Shown here: piece by piece, positions 62,599 through 64,000 of the stretch
How the letters are laid out: every line of letters starts with the position of its first letter
Position numbering within the stretch: the stretch's first letter is position 1
Notes under the pieces: model-generated
Told to the model about the DNA's origin: nothing
Database searches by the model: none
Seen by the model: only the letters and a program-made list of their open reading frames with translations
Position numbers and translations under genes: made by a program
Assembly (NCBI GenBank): GCA_963710605.1
Contig: CAVQBA010000006.1
Span: 1-64,000 of the forward strand
Reading direction: 5' to 3'
DNA: 64,000 nucleotides
DNA from: an uncultured cyanobacterium
GTDB taxonomy: Bacteria; Cyanobacteriota; Cyanobacteriia; Cyanobacteriales; Cyanobacteriaceae

Positions 62599-63625
62599 AT
62601 GACTATGGAAACACTTAATGAGCAAAATGTAACGATCGATTACAATCAAAAAATACAACTTCAACCGTTACCTTATCAACGTCCTTTGTTGATGATAGGT
62701 CATGGTACAAGAGATGAAGATGGTCGTCAAGTTTTTCTGGACTTTGTTCAGATGTATCAAAATTTGGATCATTCTCGCCCTGTGATTCCTTGTTTTTTGG
62801 AATTAACCGAACCAAATATCGAGCAAGGTGTTGATTATTGCATTGAACAAGGTTATACAGATATATCAGCTTTACCGATACTTTTATTTGCCGCTCGTCA
62901 CAACAAGTTTGATATAACAGGCGAACTCGATCGTACTCGTGTAAAATATCCTCAACTTAATTTTCATTACGGCAGACACTTTGGCATCAACCCCAATATC
63001 GTTTCCTTATGGCAAAATAGACTCGCCGAGCTAGATACCCCTGAATATAATCCTCGTCAGATTGCCCGTAAAGACACTGTCTTACTCTTTGTTGGTAGAG
63101 GATCGAGTGATCCTGACGCTAATGGAGATGTTTGCAAATTAGCTCGTATTATGTGGGAGGGAAGCGACTATCAGACTGTTGAAACTTGTTTTATCGGTAT
63201 TACTCATCCTCGTTTAGAAATGGGTTTTGAAAGAGCATTATTGTATCGCCCGCAAAAGAATTATTGTCTTACCTTATTTCTTGTTTATGGGTGCATTGAT
63301 GAAAAAAATACATCGTATCACCGACGAATACAGACAAGAATATCCAGACATCGAAATCACTTCCTTATCAGAAATGGGGATTCAACCTGAGTTATTACAA
63401 CTACTGAGAGAAAGAGAAATAGAAACTCATCTAGGCGAAGTAAAAATGAATTGTGAGATGTGTAAATTCCGCCTTAATGCTCTCAATGGCGACAATGCTC
63501 ATCATGATCATAATCATCATACTCATAGCCATGGACACAATCACAGCCATGAACATAATCATAGTAATGCAGATCCTTGTGCTAAGCCTCATGATTATCA
63601 TCAACGCATCTGGCAGACACCTTAA
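62599..63625 (+). CDS. cbiX: Sirohydrochlorin cobaltochelatase CbiX with a His-rich tail, split by a 1-bp frameshift at about 63253
   Basis: [20 protein letters not shown]; second [19 protein letters not shown], His-rich tail; removing one base restores [15 protein letters not shown]. Confidence 0.9.
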
Positions 63626-63734
63626 AACAGTGAACAAATAGACAAAATACAACCTTTTCTCCTGCCTCTTTTAGAAAGATTGGACTAAGAGGGGTAGGAA
63701 AGACGAGTGAAAGGTTTGATCAATACAGCTTTGT

Positions 63735-64000
63735 TCAAGATAATAATTGCACTTTAGAGACATGATAACCTTGAACATAATCAATATCCATTTGGCTTAT
63801 CATCTCTCTGATTTCTCGATTTTCTACATATTCAGCGATCGTTTTAATTTGTAAAATTTTAGCCATCTCACTGATTGACTCAACTATCTTGTAACATAAA
63901 GAATCAGTGAGAATATTCTTCACAAATTGACCATCTATTTTAATGTAATCTACAGGCAATTCTTTCATATAAGTAAATGACGACATTCCTGAGCCAAAAT
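63735..64000 (-). CDS. EAL-domain phosphodiesterase, C-terminal part (5' end outside window)
   Basis: FGSGMSSFTY, DYIKIDGQFV, IAEYVE, QGY. Confidence 0.85.
   Translation of the reverse strand, partial: FGSGMSSFTYMKELPVDYIKIDGQFVKNILTDSLCYKIVESISEMAKILQIKTIAEYVENREIREMISQMDIDYVQGYHVSKVQLLS

Noticed and set aside
553-63652. Many 60-130 aa ORFs nested in or antisense to conserved genes (e.g. 2398-2595, 15856-16155, 30946-31260, 33417-33812, 56971-57291, 63431-63652)
   Set aside because: They overlap well-supported genes and read as reverse-frame or alternative-frame artefacts.
1-64000. tRNA, rRNA or prophage genes
   Set aside because: No cloverleaf, rRNA-like sequence or phage structural genes recognised by eye; a tRNAscan/Infernal run would be decisive.

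Overview
AT-rich cyanobacterial chromosomal segment, probably a Cyanobacterium/Geminocystis-like unicellular strain (inferred from gene content, low GC and very frequent CGATCG/HIP1 sites). The housekeeping and photosynthesis backbone includes putA (partial), a bicA-type SulP, rplI, cytM, petG and petL (both missed by the ORF track), a HerA-like ATPase, the ndhF3-ndhD3-cupA-cupS CO2-uptake operon, frmA, relA/spoT with divergent patD, tig, queF, hisIE, rsmA, metH, a ferredoxin, natE/livF, apcD and cbiX. Accessory content: three toxin-antitoxin clusters just downstream of putA, rsmA and metH; degenerate IS630 and IS5-like elements; two MITE-like elements, one with 14-bp TIRs and a 13-bp target duplication; and several short dispersed or REP-like repeat families. 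The most notable items are: (1) a defence-island-like block after metH with BrnTA, a PARIS-type ABC-ATPase/DUF4435 TOPRIM pair and a tandem pair of uncharacterised paralogous exported/membrane proteins with a Gly/Ala/Lys-rich hydrophobic hairpin; (2) a chimera of a ClpC N-terminal domain on a TgpA-like membrane scaffold that lacks the transglutaminase domain; (3) a purine/urate catabolic cluster (NCS2 permease, hpxO, uraD, 8-oxoguanine deaminase, hpxW-like) with a class-II NtcA-type promoter. Single-base frameshifts in metH, cbiX and the deaminase most likely reflect assembly error. No rRNA, tRNA or CRISPR array was seen. All family assignments are by motif recognition, not database search.
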